NCBI GenBank assembly: GCA_015680685.1
Contig: MNCI01000406.1
Location: 120,768-184,767 of the forward strand
DNA from: Gnetum montanum
Taxonomy: Eukaryota; Plantae; Gnetophyta
Reading direction: 5' to 3'
DNA: 64,000 nt
This document shows, piece by piece, positions 54,901 to 64,000 of the stretch. The notes beneath the pieces were generated by a model. It was not told where the DNA came from and did no database searches. It worked only from the letters and a program-made list of their open reading frames with translations. Every line of letters starts with the position of its first letter. Positions within the stretch are counted from its first letter, which is position 1. The position numbers and the translations under genes are program-made.

Positions 54901-56363
54901 GTATCGTTAAAAATCCTATAAGAGAATCTATATATCAAATGCTTCAAAGAGAAAGTACGTTTTTAATCTGAGATTCCAAATAATCTGAAAAATGGGCATA
55001 GAACATACTCTGCATAATCACAAGATAAGCGTAAATAATGGGGCACCATTTATAAAATTTTTCTTAGTTTTCAAAGAACCATATTGTGAGGATGTGTGAT
55101 ACCACAGTAATTTTATCTTGGGAAAAGAAACGCTAAGTAATTTGCTTTGCATAAAATGACAATTTCACTGCCTATGAGGAAACATGATGACATACAGTCT
55201 CAACCGATTTAGATACCCCCAAATCAGTTCTTGGCATGTGAGAAAACAACTAAATATTCAGTATCAAGCTGAATATATGTTCATGATGAGATTTGTTTGT
55301 TTCCTAGAGAAGTATATTTCTGGCGATAGCATTGCCATTATTTCAAAGTGTGCATACTGTTTGTAATTCACATCATCCTTGCCTTCAAGACCGATGTCTG
55401 AATAACCAAAGAGAGAGTTCCACTAAGCTTTGGATCCAAAACAAGCATCTTCTTTCCCCGAATCTGTGATCAATACCAAATAATGAACAAATCAGCAGGC
55501 AAGAAGCATGTAATAAACGACGTTACAAAAATGCTGCTTTAAATCATTTTCAATATATCACAAACAGATTTTCTAGCATGCAACAACTGTTTAGATACCA
55601 AAATTCCCTCTGTTTCTCTTTGGATAAAAGTTCCATAAAAGCATGGGCTCCATGATTCTTGAATTGAAAAGTTGATCAACCACAATAGAATAAAGTTATA
55701 ACTACACTGTAATTGTAAAGATGACACATTTACCGCAGTTGATTTCCACTTCATTACAGAGACGAAAATTTTAAAAATTAAAATTGAAAACACATAACAC
55801 TCAAGACAAAAAATTTTAAAATTAAAATTGAAACTACATAACATTTGAATCAACGTCCAAAGTGCTTAATAACACACGAAAAACTATGAATTAAGAAATT
55901 GGTAAAAAAATTAAAAATATAATGAATTCAATTGCTTCATTCAACTAGACCAATAAATTCAAATTTTTTCGATATCAATATACCATTTTTATGAAACAGA
56001 AAAATGCAAAAGAAATCAAATCAATTCAATTCAACTAAATTGCAATCTGTCATTGCATATACACTAATAACTTGGACAGATAACGTAAATGGGTAGCAAT
56101 GTGACAACGAATTTTCAAAATGAGCTTTCATTTGGAAAAAAAAAAAAAACATGCCCAAATAATTTGCTCACCGTGTCAAGAATGTGAAGCAGCTCTTTCT
56201 TAGACTGTTCTCTGCGATTAAACAGATACGACATAACCAAAGAAACAAAAGGCTCTTACTAAAACATCACATTTTTTGTAGTTTTTATGAAATCAAATGT
56301 AAATATTTACCTGAGTAATGACAAGTTTAGTGGTGCATTATCCAAATTAGGTAGCTGCGCCAT
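9928..56363 (-). CDS. VPS33: VPS33, vacuolar protein sorting 33 (Sec1/Munc18 family); multi-exon, 3' exons not in window
   Basis: 17 phase-consistent exons: 56311-56363, 56172-56211, 55383-55463, 54056-54253, 36747-36857, 36601-36666, 34661-34768, 34517-34561, 22811-22867, 20820-20914, 14949-15000, 14773-14829, 11471-11533, 11289-11395, 10957-11079, 10086-10167, 9928-9998. Translation [14 protein letters not shown]...LVLDPKLSG...FVPRR...RAKGK...[25 protein letters not shown]...[22 protein letters not shown] matches recalled plant VPS33. Confidence 0.95.
10086..10167 (-). CDS. VPS33: VPS33 exon 16
   Basis: [27 protein letters not shown]; AG/GT borders. Confidence 0.94.
10957..11079 (-). CDS. 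VPS33: VPS33 exon 15
   Basis: [41 protein letters not shown]; AG/GT borders. Confidence 0.94.
11289..11395 (-). CDS. VPS33: VPS33 exon 14
   Basis: [35 protein letters not shown]; AG/GTAAG borders. Confidence 0.93.
11471..11533 (-). CDS. VPS33: VPS33 exon 13
   Basis: [21 protein letters not shown]; AG/GT borders. Confidence 0.94.
11760..12600 (-). mobile_element. Probable LINE 3' end
   Basis: T-rich tail with the AATATAATCCAGAA..TTCTC terminal motif shared with other LINE ends here; body not identified. Confidence 0.45.
14773..14829 (-). CDS. VPS33: VPS33 exon 12
   Basis: [19 protein letters not shown]; AG/GTGAG borders. Confidence 0.92.
14949..15000 (-). CDS. VPS33: VPS33 exon 11
   Basis: [17 protein letters not shown]; AG/GT borders. 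Confidence 0.92.
15189..18310 (-). mobile_element. Tat/Ogre-type Ty3/Gypsy fragment: Gag C-terminus and aspartic protease, no RT, with antisense extra ORF
   Basis: [31 protein letters not shown]; [14 protein letters not shown]...[20 protein letters not shown]; short TTTAGGCCATTTCGGGCCAT-type repeats at 16250-16450. Confidence 0.8.
18310..19973 (+). mobile_element. 5'-truncated LINE 3' end: ATHILA-like domain, coiled coil, J-domain, poly(A)
   Basis: [32 protein letters not shown]...; [49 protein letters not shown]...[18 protein letters not shown]...[10 protein letters not shown]; A-tail 19964-19973. Confidence 0.82.
20820..20914 (-). CDS. VPS33: VPS33 exon 10
   Basis: [32 protein letters not shown]; AG/GT borders. 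Confidence 0.92.
21100..22580. mobile_element. Possible hAT-derived non-autonomous DNA transposon remnant
   Basis: Clustered GGGACA/GACATCCC subterminal-type motifs (22450-22570); weak resemblance to a hAT dimerisation domain near 21715-21780. Confidence 0.3.
22811..22867 (-). CDS. VPS33: VPS33 exon 9
   Basis: [19 protein letters not shown]; AG/GT borders. Confidence 0.95.
23612..29720 (-). mobile_element. Near full-length degenerate L1 LINE: ORF1, then ORF2 with EN, RT, zf, ATHILA-like domain, coiled coil and J-domain
   Basis: ORF1 [24 protein letters not shown]; ORF2 starts MEIMSWN at 28485; VCLHETK; KALGPNGW; DIAKAYD; [13 protein letters not shown]; HYADN; extension MGVKPTYEP; J-domain 23944-24207; T-run 23612-23619. 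Confidence 0.92.
29850..30450 (+). mobile_element. Degenerate non-LTR RT fragment
   Basis: [24 protein letters not shown]-like RT N-terminal motif. Confidence 0.4.
32690..33930 (+). mobile_element. RTE-clade LINE 3' part, split by a J-domain LINE insertion
   Basis: [35 protein letters not shown]; 3' end AACCCC...GACAAGGCT followed by GAT-type repeats. Confidence 0.75.
32981..33633 (-). mobile_element. 5'-truncated J-domain LINE (intact HPD) with TSD
   Basis: [57 protein letters not shown]...[21 protein letters not shown]; poly(T) at left; TSD TTAGAGGAAGACTT (32967-32980) vs TTATAGAAAGACTT (33634-33647); spans N gap 33023-33280. Confidence 0.85.
34517..34561 (-). CDS. VPS33: VPS33 exon 8
   Basis: [15 protein letters not shown]; CAG/GTAAG borders. 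Confidence 0.9.
34661..34768 (-). CDS. VPS33: VPS33 exon 7
   Basis: [36 protein letters not shown]; AG/GT borders. Confidence 0.93.
36601..36666 (-). CDS. VPS33: VPS33 exon 6
   Basis: [22 protein letters not shown]; AG/GT borders. Confidence 0.93.
36747..36857 (-). CDS. VPS33: VPS33 exon 5
   Basis: [37 protein letters not shown]; AG/GT borders. Confidence 0.93.
37137..37225 (-). mobile_element. Short RTE 3'-end fragment
   Basis: Reverse complement closely matches the RTE tail at 33850-33925 (ATTGAGACAAGGCTAGGATGAT). Confidence 0.65.
40367..46163 (-). mobile_element. Full-length degenerate L1 LINE with ATHILA-like extension and coiled coil but no J-domain; TSD present
   Basis: ORF1 [18 protein letters not shown]; ORF2 starts MLLSWNCRG at 44769; KALGPDGW; KFLSRKGK; extension [11 protein letters not shown]...FFAN...FRG; poly(T) at 40368; TSD CTAATG(CA/TG)AATGTT. 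Confidence 0.92.
46412..46765 (+). repeat. About 178-bp tandem duplication inside the Copia RNase H region
   Basis: aatcctagaagct...ctttatccagca begins at 46412 and 46590. Confidence 0.88.
48293..53401 (-). mobile_element. Complete Ty1/Copia (Ale-like) LTR retrotransposon, pseudogenised
   Basis: LTRs 48293-48544 and 53133-53401; TSD GTAAT (48288-48292 and 53402-53406); PBS TGGTATTGGAGC; PPT; gag, DSGATNHM, integrase, RT YVDD, RNase H RTKHIEI. Confidence 0.95.
53440..53725 (+). mobile_element. Degenerate RTE 3' fragment
   Basis: [21 protein letters not shown] tail resembling the other RTE ends. Confidence 0.4.
54056..54253 (-). CDS. VPS33: VPS33 exon 4
   Basis: [28 protein letters not shown]...[11 protein letters not shown]; AG/GT borders. 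Confidence 0.93.
55383..55463 (-). CDS. VPS33: VPS33 exon 3 (GC donor)
   Basis: [27 protein letters not shown]; donor AAG|GCAAG. Confidence 0.88.
56172..56211 (-). CDS. VPS33: VPS33 exon 2
   Basis: [13 protein letters not shown]; flanked by CAG and GTGAG. Confidence 0.9.
56311..56363 (-). CDS. VPS33: VPS33 coding exon 1
   Basis: ATG at 56363; [18 protein letters not shown]; GT donor at 56309-56310. Confidence 0.92.
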
Positions 56364-56999
56364 ACTGCAAGGCTTGAGATCGTAGAATTTCTGTTGCAGA
56401 AAGGAAAGTATGCAAAGATTCAACTACGTTTCGCAAGGGCAATTAAATAAAAAGCCATGAAATGGCCCTAACGCTTACCATATGTTAAACCCGAAAAAGT
56501 TATATCAATGTAAGCTGTTAGATCTGCTTAGTGCTGGATTGAGCAACGCTATCGCATGTTTTTTTTTTTCTAAGAAAAAAATATTTAATTCTTCTTCTGT
56601 CCTCTCTTGCTTTGTTTTCTCACCAATTTACTCATCAGCGTGCATGCAATTATGTAAACTTCAGAACTATAACCCTGTTCTCTCTGTGTGTAATAGTAAA
56701 GGGGAGAAATTATTACGTTTTTGTTTGACCAAAATCGGCTTGTGAGCTTTCTTAACTTAAAATGGATACATAGAGGCCACCTTGGCACACCATTGTACGA
56801 ATAGCTTTTATGTATATGATATACTCGAAACTGTGTTTTATGGGGATCAAGTTCATAATATTTTATTATCTGAGTAAGTAATTCATGTAAGAAGTTGTTT
56901 ATTATTTGGGCAAGTTTTGTACTATTTTATTAGTGAAGCGAATAATTCATTTGAGAATTAAATTGGGAGGGGGAGAGGGAGGTGGTGGGGTCGGACTCC

Positions 57000-57620
57000 A
57001 AAACTAAATATATTTTAAAAAATTAGAGTTAAGAGTACAAAAGCAGAGAAGCATGGTAGAAACTCCAAAACAACAAAAAGGAAAGGCCTAACGATTTTGG
57101 CAATGGCTTTTCAGGTTTTCATCGTATCAACCAATCCTGAAAAACCTCCCCTCTAGGGTAGGAAAAGGATCAAACTTTGCACTCGTTCAAAAGCCAATTC
57201 CACAAAACCCATGACAACAAATCCAATAGCTGTTCTGAAACCAACTTTAATGACTTCTGCATTAAAAAGGGCAATCAAAACAAACCCATCTGCAATTAAA
57301 AAAATAGAAAGAAGGATTAAAAAATTGCTGAGAGTCTCACCTTTGCAATCAGGTTTGTGGCATCACTTAACTAGTCTAACACTATCCTTTGCAAAATCTT
57401 TTAAAGGCCTTACAACTGTATCTATAGGCTCCACGGTGCTGCCAAAGTCAAGGTTAAAACAAGTTTAAACACGGATCCAATACAGTTTATACTACAATCC
57501 TAGTTTCTTTTTCCTTTCCTTTTTTTTAAAAGAAAGCATTGCTCTGAACAGAACAATGGTGGATCTGACCAAGTTTCCAATGTTTCCATTTAAGGCCTTT
57601 TAATTGGACTTTCAACAATA
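57000..57620 (-). mobile_element. Degenerate non-LTR RT fragment upstream of the VPS33 start codon
   Basis: CVLDPCLNLF (QG..LSP.LF-like) and SIFLIADGFVLIA (FADD-like) on the minus strand. Confidence 0.45.
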
Positions 57621-59814
57621 AAGGCAGCGTCATCGTTGTCACCATTTTAAAAAAAAAATTATATAGACTTTTAAATAACACTCATAGTCTTAAAACACCT
57701 ACAGACTCATGGTCTTCGTACTGTAATTGAAATTTCATTAAAGCTTCTTCGCTTCATTTCATTCAAGCATTCATCTACATAAATACTTTAATAGCAGCAG
57801 AAACTTACGCCCAACACTAAAATCCAATAATATAACAATACAATGCAAACACAGAAAGTGAAATAAAAACAAGCCTCAACGGTTTTCTTATTTTTCATGT
57901 AGAATAGCAACGGGTAAATTCTAAAATTGGTTGAAGTATACGAAATTTCTTTAAAAAAATTATGACAACGGATCATCATCCTTTTGCCACCTTTATTCCC
58001 CGACATGGGCTAGGGTTAGCCAATGATTTAACGATAATTTTAGAACTGCCTAACAAAAATTGATGGTAAATATAGCGAATAATCCATAATCAATCCAGAT
58101 CCCCTTCCCCTTCATTTCTTTCGGTTATGTGCTATGTTGTCAGAAACGCAATGGATTCTTAAAGTTTTGAACAGTTACCGTCACTTGCTGGTCAAAACAT
58201 TTCATTGCATATTGAAACGTTTTTAACACGTTTCATTTCCTTCTATTTCATTTTTTAATTTTATGGCTTCAAATATATGATGGAAGGACACAAAGTGCTT
58301 TATTCTCAACTACTGCATCTGCTTCAAACTCTCTTGAATTAAATGCTGGTCTATTTCAAATTGAATGTGTGAAAGGGCAAACATGGAGGGGAAAAAAATT
58401 ACAGCCACTTCTATGGCAAGGACAACAATGAGAAACACATGTAGGTGAACCATTTGGGGCCTACGTTGTGAATGCTGCTACTACTGCCACTTCTGCGTCG
58501 CTCTCCATGGCCACAAATCATTCATCAACTCTGTCGTAAATCACTACCTCTGCAACAACCACTCCTCCTCCCTCTGCAAAATTGGCCAAACCGCCAATTC
58601 AAGGTCCATTTTTGTACATTATCTCTTCATTGGCCTTTCTTTTACTTACATGCTTCCCTTTGAGTTAGAGTTTCTTATTACAGTAAATACAAGCTCACCA
58701 CTGCATCATAGTGGATCTGAACTACTTGAATCTCAAGTCAAGCAAAAACAAATATGCCTGCATTTCTGCCTAAAATATAAAAATTGCTAGAGTTACCAGT
58801 TGGTTCTATGTTTAAAGCTCGTTTCTTTTTTAAATAAATTCTTTTACAACTTCTGCCTAAGTTTATTGATAGTTAATTGTTTTTAGATACCAATAAATAA
58901 AAATATTGTAAATTTATATATATATATATATCATTGTATTGTATTGGATTTTAAATTGTTGTTCTATGAACAATGTACACATAATTTTATTAAAATATAA
59001 AAATCGCTAGAGTTACTAGTTGGTTGTATGTTTAAAGCTCATTTCTTTTTTGCAACCTAATTTTTCGTTGCCTTACAGTTGCGGTCAAGTTGCCCCGTTT
59101 CCCATTTCTGGTAACTATGGTTATGTGTTATTGTTAATGTCTGGAGCTATGGGCCAACCAATTTAACTCTGAAATTCTGATTACATTCATCCTTGACTTG
59201 TATTCACAAACAAACACAAACCCAGCCCTCTGATCGCAATCAAAGACGCAAAACAAAGGCAGAATCAAGAGGATGAATATGCAAAGTAATGTTGCTGAAG
59301 GCCTAGCTACGAAACTCAAAACCTATAGTAAACCCCCTGACCATAAAATCATGGGCAGAATTTAACAAAAGTTTCAGAAAAATTTTGCGCAGATCCGAAT
59401 CTTATGCAACAGCAAAGACGGTGCTAGGCCATATCAAAGGTCGATTTAACACACAGTCGACAATTATCTTGTGCAACAGCAAAGACGGTCTTAACTATTT
59501 ATACGAACGACGAAGCAATGGAGAAAACTTACAAGAATGACAGATTCAACACTGCGATGCGATCTCAGCAGCAACCAAGCAACGAAAGTCGCTTGCGAAT
59601 GACACAGCTTATCGATTGATCCTGGCTCTTGCCTCCCCACTAATCCTTACTGTGTTTATTAACGTGGCGAATCATGCAAAATTCGGATAAATGTGTGCAA
59701 TTTGTTTTGGAAATTGGAAACTGAAGACTTTATGTTATAGCTACATATATATAAATATTGTATAGGGTTCATTATTTGGTGTGATAAATATTGTATAGGG
59801 TTCATTATTTGGTG

Positions 59815-59950
59815 TGATAGGAAAGTGTTTATTTCTTACGTCGTAAGACTTGGGTTTGAGAGATTAGGCTTCAAAAAGGTTAATCTTTTGTTCTTCCATG
59901 GATGTTTCTAAGACCTTGCCATGACAGAAAGAGTATTGAATTTCTAGGTG
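59815..59950 (+). mobile_element. Second degenerate SINE copy
   Basis: AAGACTTGGGTTTGAG...TCAAAAAGGTTA..TTTTG...AGACCTTG...TTGA..TCTAGG parallels 9193-9345. Confidence 0.45.
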
Positions 59951-59956
59951 ATGATA

Positions 59957-61560
59957 CTTTTTTTCTTTTTTTTCTTTTATTTTGAGGGGGAGATGATAAA
60001 AAGATTATATTAGTAAACACTTAAAGTACAATAAACATTCTTTTATTTTGAGGGGGAGATGATAAAAAGATTATATTAGTGTACTAGGCATCCTTGTGGG
60101 CCAAGGGGACAAAAGATAAAAAACAAATGATCCTCCCTTAGCCTTTGCACCCTAAACATGAGAACAAGGAGACCAACTTGTCCATATTAAAAAACAACCA
60201 AGAAACTTGATTAATTGTCAAAATCAAGTAACCCAATGACATTATTAGGATGCTTAGCAACAACATGAAAAAACATTTGAATAAAAAAACCATGTGTTGG
60301 AAAGCATGCATGCAAGACAACTAGACTAGAGTGAATAGCAATTGTATTAGTAGTTTGCATTGCCAAGAAAAAACCTTTGGTAGTGTTGACAATAAGGCCC
60401 TTATAAGGAACCATAAATAAGTGGGTTCTTGCTACTTTTGTGAGTCCACACCAAAGCTCCTTCACCAAGAAAGATGACATGCATAGTAAGTTTGATGGTG
60501 CACTTAGATGAAATTTGCATAGAAACTTGAAATGAATGCCAAATAAGGAGGTAAGTTGAGTGTGTAGGTGAAATATCTAATGAGATGCCTTGCAAGCTCA
60601 TCCCATAAGAAGGAAATGTTGGCATGAGGATATGTGTCATGTTTAGCCATTAAAAGCAATCCATCATCATAGAAGCATTGAACCTCTACAACTTCGAAGT
60701 GCTCTATGCATGAGAAAATTGTGCCTCTAAGAGGTAGACCCATCATTGAAGTAATTGACTCAAGAGTTACCTAAACCTCCAAAACCCTTGACTATGAAGG
60801 TATCCCCATTTCATGATTGAATTGCTTGATGCACCCAAGTGTGGAGGCATCTTGGTAGAGCCAAGTAGTATGCATTCCATCTAACTATCATAAAAAATGA
60901 AAGGGTCATTGATTGTCTCAAATCACCATGGGAGATGAGCTTATGTTTAATAGAGGACCTCACAAGTGAAGGCATGTTGTATTCTTTCATATCAACCCAC
61001 AAATCTACATAGCTCATCACTTTAATAGTTGTAGCCAATGGATTGCACACTCTATCTATCCTAAAAATTCTTTGATTGCGCTCCAAGCACACTTGCCATG
61101 TGGCCTTGAGCCAAATGGTGACATCTCTTGCATATGCTCCTATAACTATCTAAACATGACAACCATGTCTAGAAATCCAATTTAGGTGGGCCACCCAATC
61201 TTATAATTAAGGCACTAATAGCTTTCCAAAAAGAATAATTCTTAAATTGATGTTAAAAGTCTTAGGCAATGACAAAGGACACAACATGAGACCATGTGGT
61301 AGTCCCTAGGCTACAAATTGTCAGATGTCAAAATAGCATGATGTGCCAAAAGCCAATTGAAGAAATGAACCCTTGGGTTTCATAAAAGTTTTCAAAGCTA
61401 AGTTTATCTTCTTGTATATCCAAATGAGAGATTGAAAGGTGGCCAAGACTCATTTCTTTTTATTAGAAGGAAATGAAAGAAGATCCCTACTCTTTCCAAA
61501 TGGAGGATTCGACTGGGAGAGGGCTATTCAAAAAAACTTTTAACCCCTTCCCTAGGTAGT
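59957..61560 (-). mobile_element. Divergent L1 3' end, also carrying the ATHILA-like extension
   Basis: IWLKATWQVCLERNQRIFR, then VTLESITSMMGLPLRG...LWDELARHLIRYF; duplicated T-rich tail at 59957-60080. Confidence 0.65.
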
Positions 61561-61592
61561 GTAGAATGATGAATGAACCATTATCCATCCAT

Positions 61593-64000
61593 TGTAAAAT
61601 GGCCAAACTCGGTGATTGATGAGTCATGTTCTGACATGCTCCAATATCGGAGCCCAGGATGCATTATTAGATATCCGATATCGCAGGGTATATGCCAGCC
61701 TATAAATATAGCATTCAGGCTCACGATTTTCATATCAATTTTTGTCATAGTTAGCAAAGCTCTTGCATTTTGTTTTCTCCAAAGTTAGAATATTTACTTA
61801 GTGCCCGTAGCAGGAGTTTGAGTGTGTATGGATCTTTGTTCAAACACTGATGTACCTGAGCACAGCAGTTGGACGGGAATAAAAATGAACCCTTTTGATC
61901 ATCCTTGTAGCACTAAGAATAGATTAATGTTTCTTTAATGCATTTAATATTCATGCACTTTGCTTTAATGCACTTTAATTAAGCAATCAATTTTCAGTTA
62001 TTAATGAACACAAGCACGACCACCTCAAGCATACGTGTACCACTCGGTAACCCAAAAACGCTTAATGTTTGGTAACCCAATAGGGCTATATGTGTTCAGG
62101 ATGTGTCTAGGCAAGTGGGATGAGTACTTGTATTAGGCTAGTTAGGTAGTAGATAAATTAGATCCTAAATTACTCTACCTTTCATTATTGTTGTACACAC
62201 TTAAACTTATAAAACATAAAATGATAAAAATCATGTGCCTCAATTACACATCAATCATATCCTTAAGCTTTACAAGTGTAGTTGGGAAGACAATGAACAT
62301 TCTCAATGACCATCTCACTTCCTAGAGGAACTAGTACATTGAAGAACTACAGGTCCATGGAATTCGACCAGATCACTTGTGAATGCCATAGTGATTCGTA
62401 TGGTTGGGCATAGGGGTACCTTGTCACTCATCATTTGTGCCATTGTTGGGGACCTTTTGGTTGTTTCGTGCACTATCTAGGACTTAGTGAAAATTATTCA
62501 AATCATTGAAAAAAACCTTAAAGTCAGATCACATCTTAAGATTACTACAACAATTTTAAGAAGCACACTGTATTTTTATTTTTCTAACATAAAATGTCTT
62601 CTTTTCACAGGAGCAATTCTCTGCCCAAGTCTGACAAAGTACATCCACCAGTGCCTCAACAATATCAAGTGGTATATGCTCATCCTGATGAGTATGTACC
62701 AAATTTTAGCTTCATCCTACAACAGGATGAACAACTACGATACCGTGACATGGAGGGCAACATTATGTTGCCACCCAATTGATTTGTTCCTACAATGCTC
62801 CAACAAATACTTATACGATGGGATCTCTAGGAACTTCATGCTAAGTATATTATGCAAGATAGTGATGTTAGGGATTATTGTCCCACTAAGGCACAGCGTC
62901 TCAGGGATTGCCAATTAGAACAACATTATGAATCTGCAAATGGAAAAAGATTTAATGATTCTCCATTCTTGCTATACCAAAAATATGTTGAAGAGCCCTT
63001 CTTTGGGGGTTTTCCATTTAGTGAAATTCCTCTTTTTAACTTTGGTAAAGGAGGCCAAAATTAGAACTTGCAATCCATGATTCACAATCATGGTTCTGGT
63101 GAGAATGGATCCAATGACAAAGAAGGACCTAAAGAGGCAAGTTAAGGTAGGGTTACGAGCAAGAAACAAGATCGTGATCATGGTCATGATCATTGAAGAG
63201 GTGGTAGCAGGTACCATGATGGTGCTAGTCCTCCTTCCTCTTCACCTTCATTATCATCCTCTTCTTCTTCTAGCTTTGATTGCAACCGTAGGGTGCATGA
63301 CCATGATGAAGGTGACCGAGGGGACCAAAATGATCAAAGGGACTGTCGGGCAAGGCAAGACCAGGGGCATGAGCATTCAAGAGAGACGCAACACCATGAA
63401 CGAATGGGTAGTAGATGGCATCATAGGAACCAAAATCAAGGCCTTAATGAGCATTTGCTTACTACCCTAAGCATGCTAAACATTGTAGAGGCAATACTAA
63501 TTCCAACAAGGCATGTGAAGGATAGTTGGATCAAGAAGCTAGATATGGCTAATATCCCTAGATTCGAAGGGGGATATAACTTAGATCCGCAAAATCATCT
63601 CCAAGCTTTTCAAGATGCATGTGCCTTGCAGAACATAGAGAATGAATGACAAAAGCCTAAGTTATGTCCACAGACACTTATTAAAGAAGTAGAAAACTAG
63701 TATTGGTCCTTAGAATTAGAATTTATCAAACAATGAAGTACAATGCTTGAATTGTTCAATGATAAATATCAAATGTACTCTAGAGTGTCCAACTTGAGAA
63801 GGTAGATCCAGGGATGGAAACAAGGAACACACAAACCCTTGGATGCCACCATTGATCAATATTATTTCTTAATGCATAGATGTCTTGGCCATGGTTATTC
63901 TCAACTGGATCAACTTTGCCACATTGTAGACGAGCTTCGATTTAAAATGAGGAGAACCCTTGGCATCTATGCCTAAGGATGACTATCTAAATTAAGTGCT
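61593..64000 (+). mobile_element. Athila-type Ty3/Gypsy: 5' LTR, PBS and degenerate gag; truncated by window edge
   Basis: PBS-like TTTGTGCCATTGTTGGGGAC at about 62433; IPRFEG..DPQNHLQAF; RCLGHGY (CPHHG-like). LTR start is approximate. Confidence 0.7.

Noticed and set aside
58771-59818. Small local duplications (58771/58991; ~59751/59784; also ~8123-8216, 27615-27670, 55760-55840)
   Set aside because: Ordinary slippage or repair duplications with no further structure.

Overview
This is land-plant genomic DNA. Most of the window (left edge to 56,363) lies inside one minus-strand host gene, VPS33 (Sec1/Munc18-family HOPS/CORVET subunit). I reconstructed 17 coding exons (1,409 nt, about 469 aa, one GC-AG intron); the last exons fall outside the window. 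Its introns are expanded by nested retroelements: L1-clade LINEs, two Ty1/Copia elements, a Tat/Ogre-type Gypsy fragment, RTE fragments, a tRNA-derived SINE, and a Penelope-like element with no visible endonuclease and a decayed hammerhead ribozyme. A second SINE copy, a divergent L1 3' end and an Athila-type Gypsy lie upstream of the start codon. The main signal is that several divergent L1 families extend ORF2 past the zf-RVT region. The extension is an ATHILA-ORF1/Transposase_32-like domain, then a coiled coil, then a DnaJ J-domain with a conserved H..CxC..P.H tail. Five J-domain copies are visible, two with an intact HPD. This points to a LINE lineage carrying its own Hsp70 co-chaperone module. 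All domain calls were made by eye; no searches were run.
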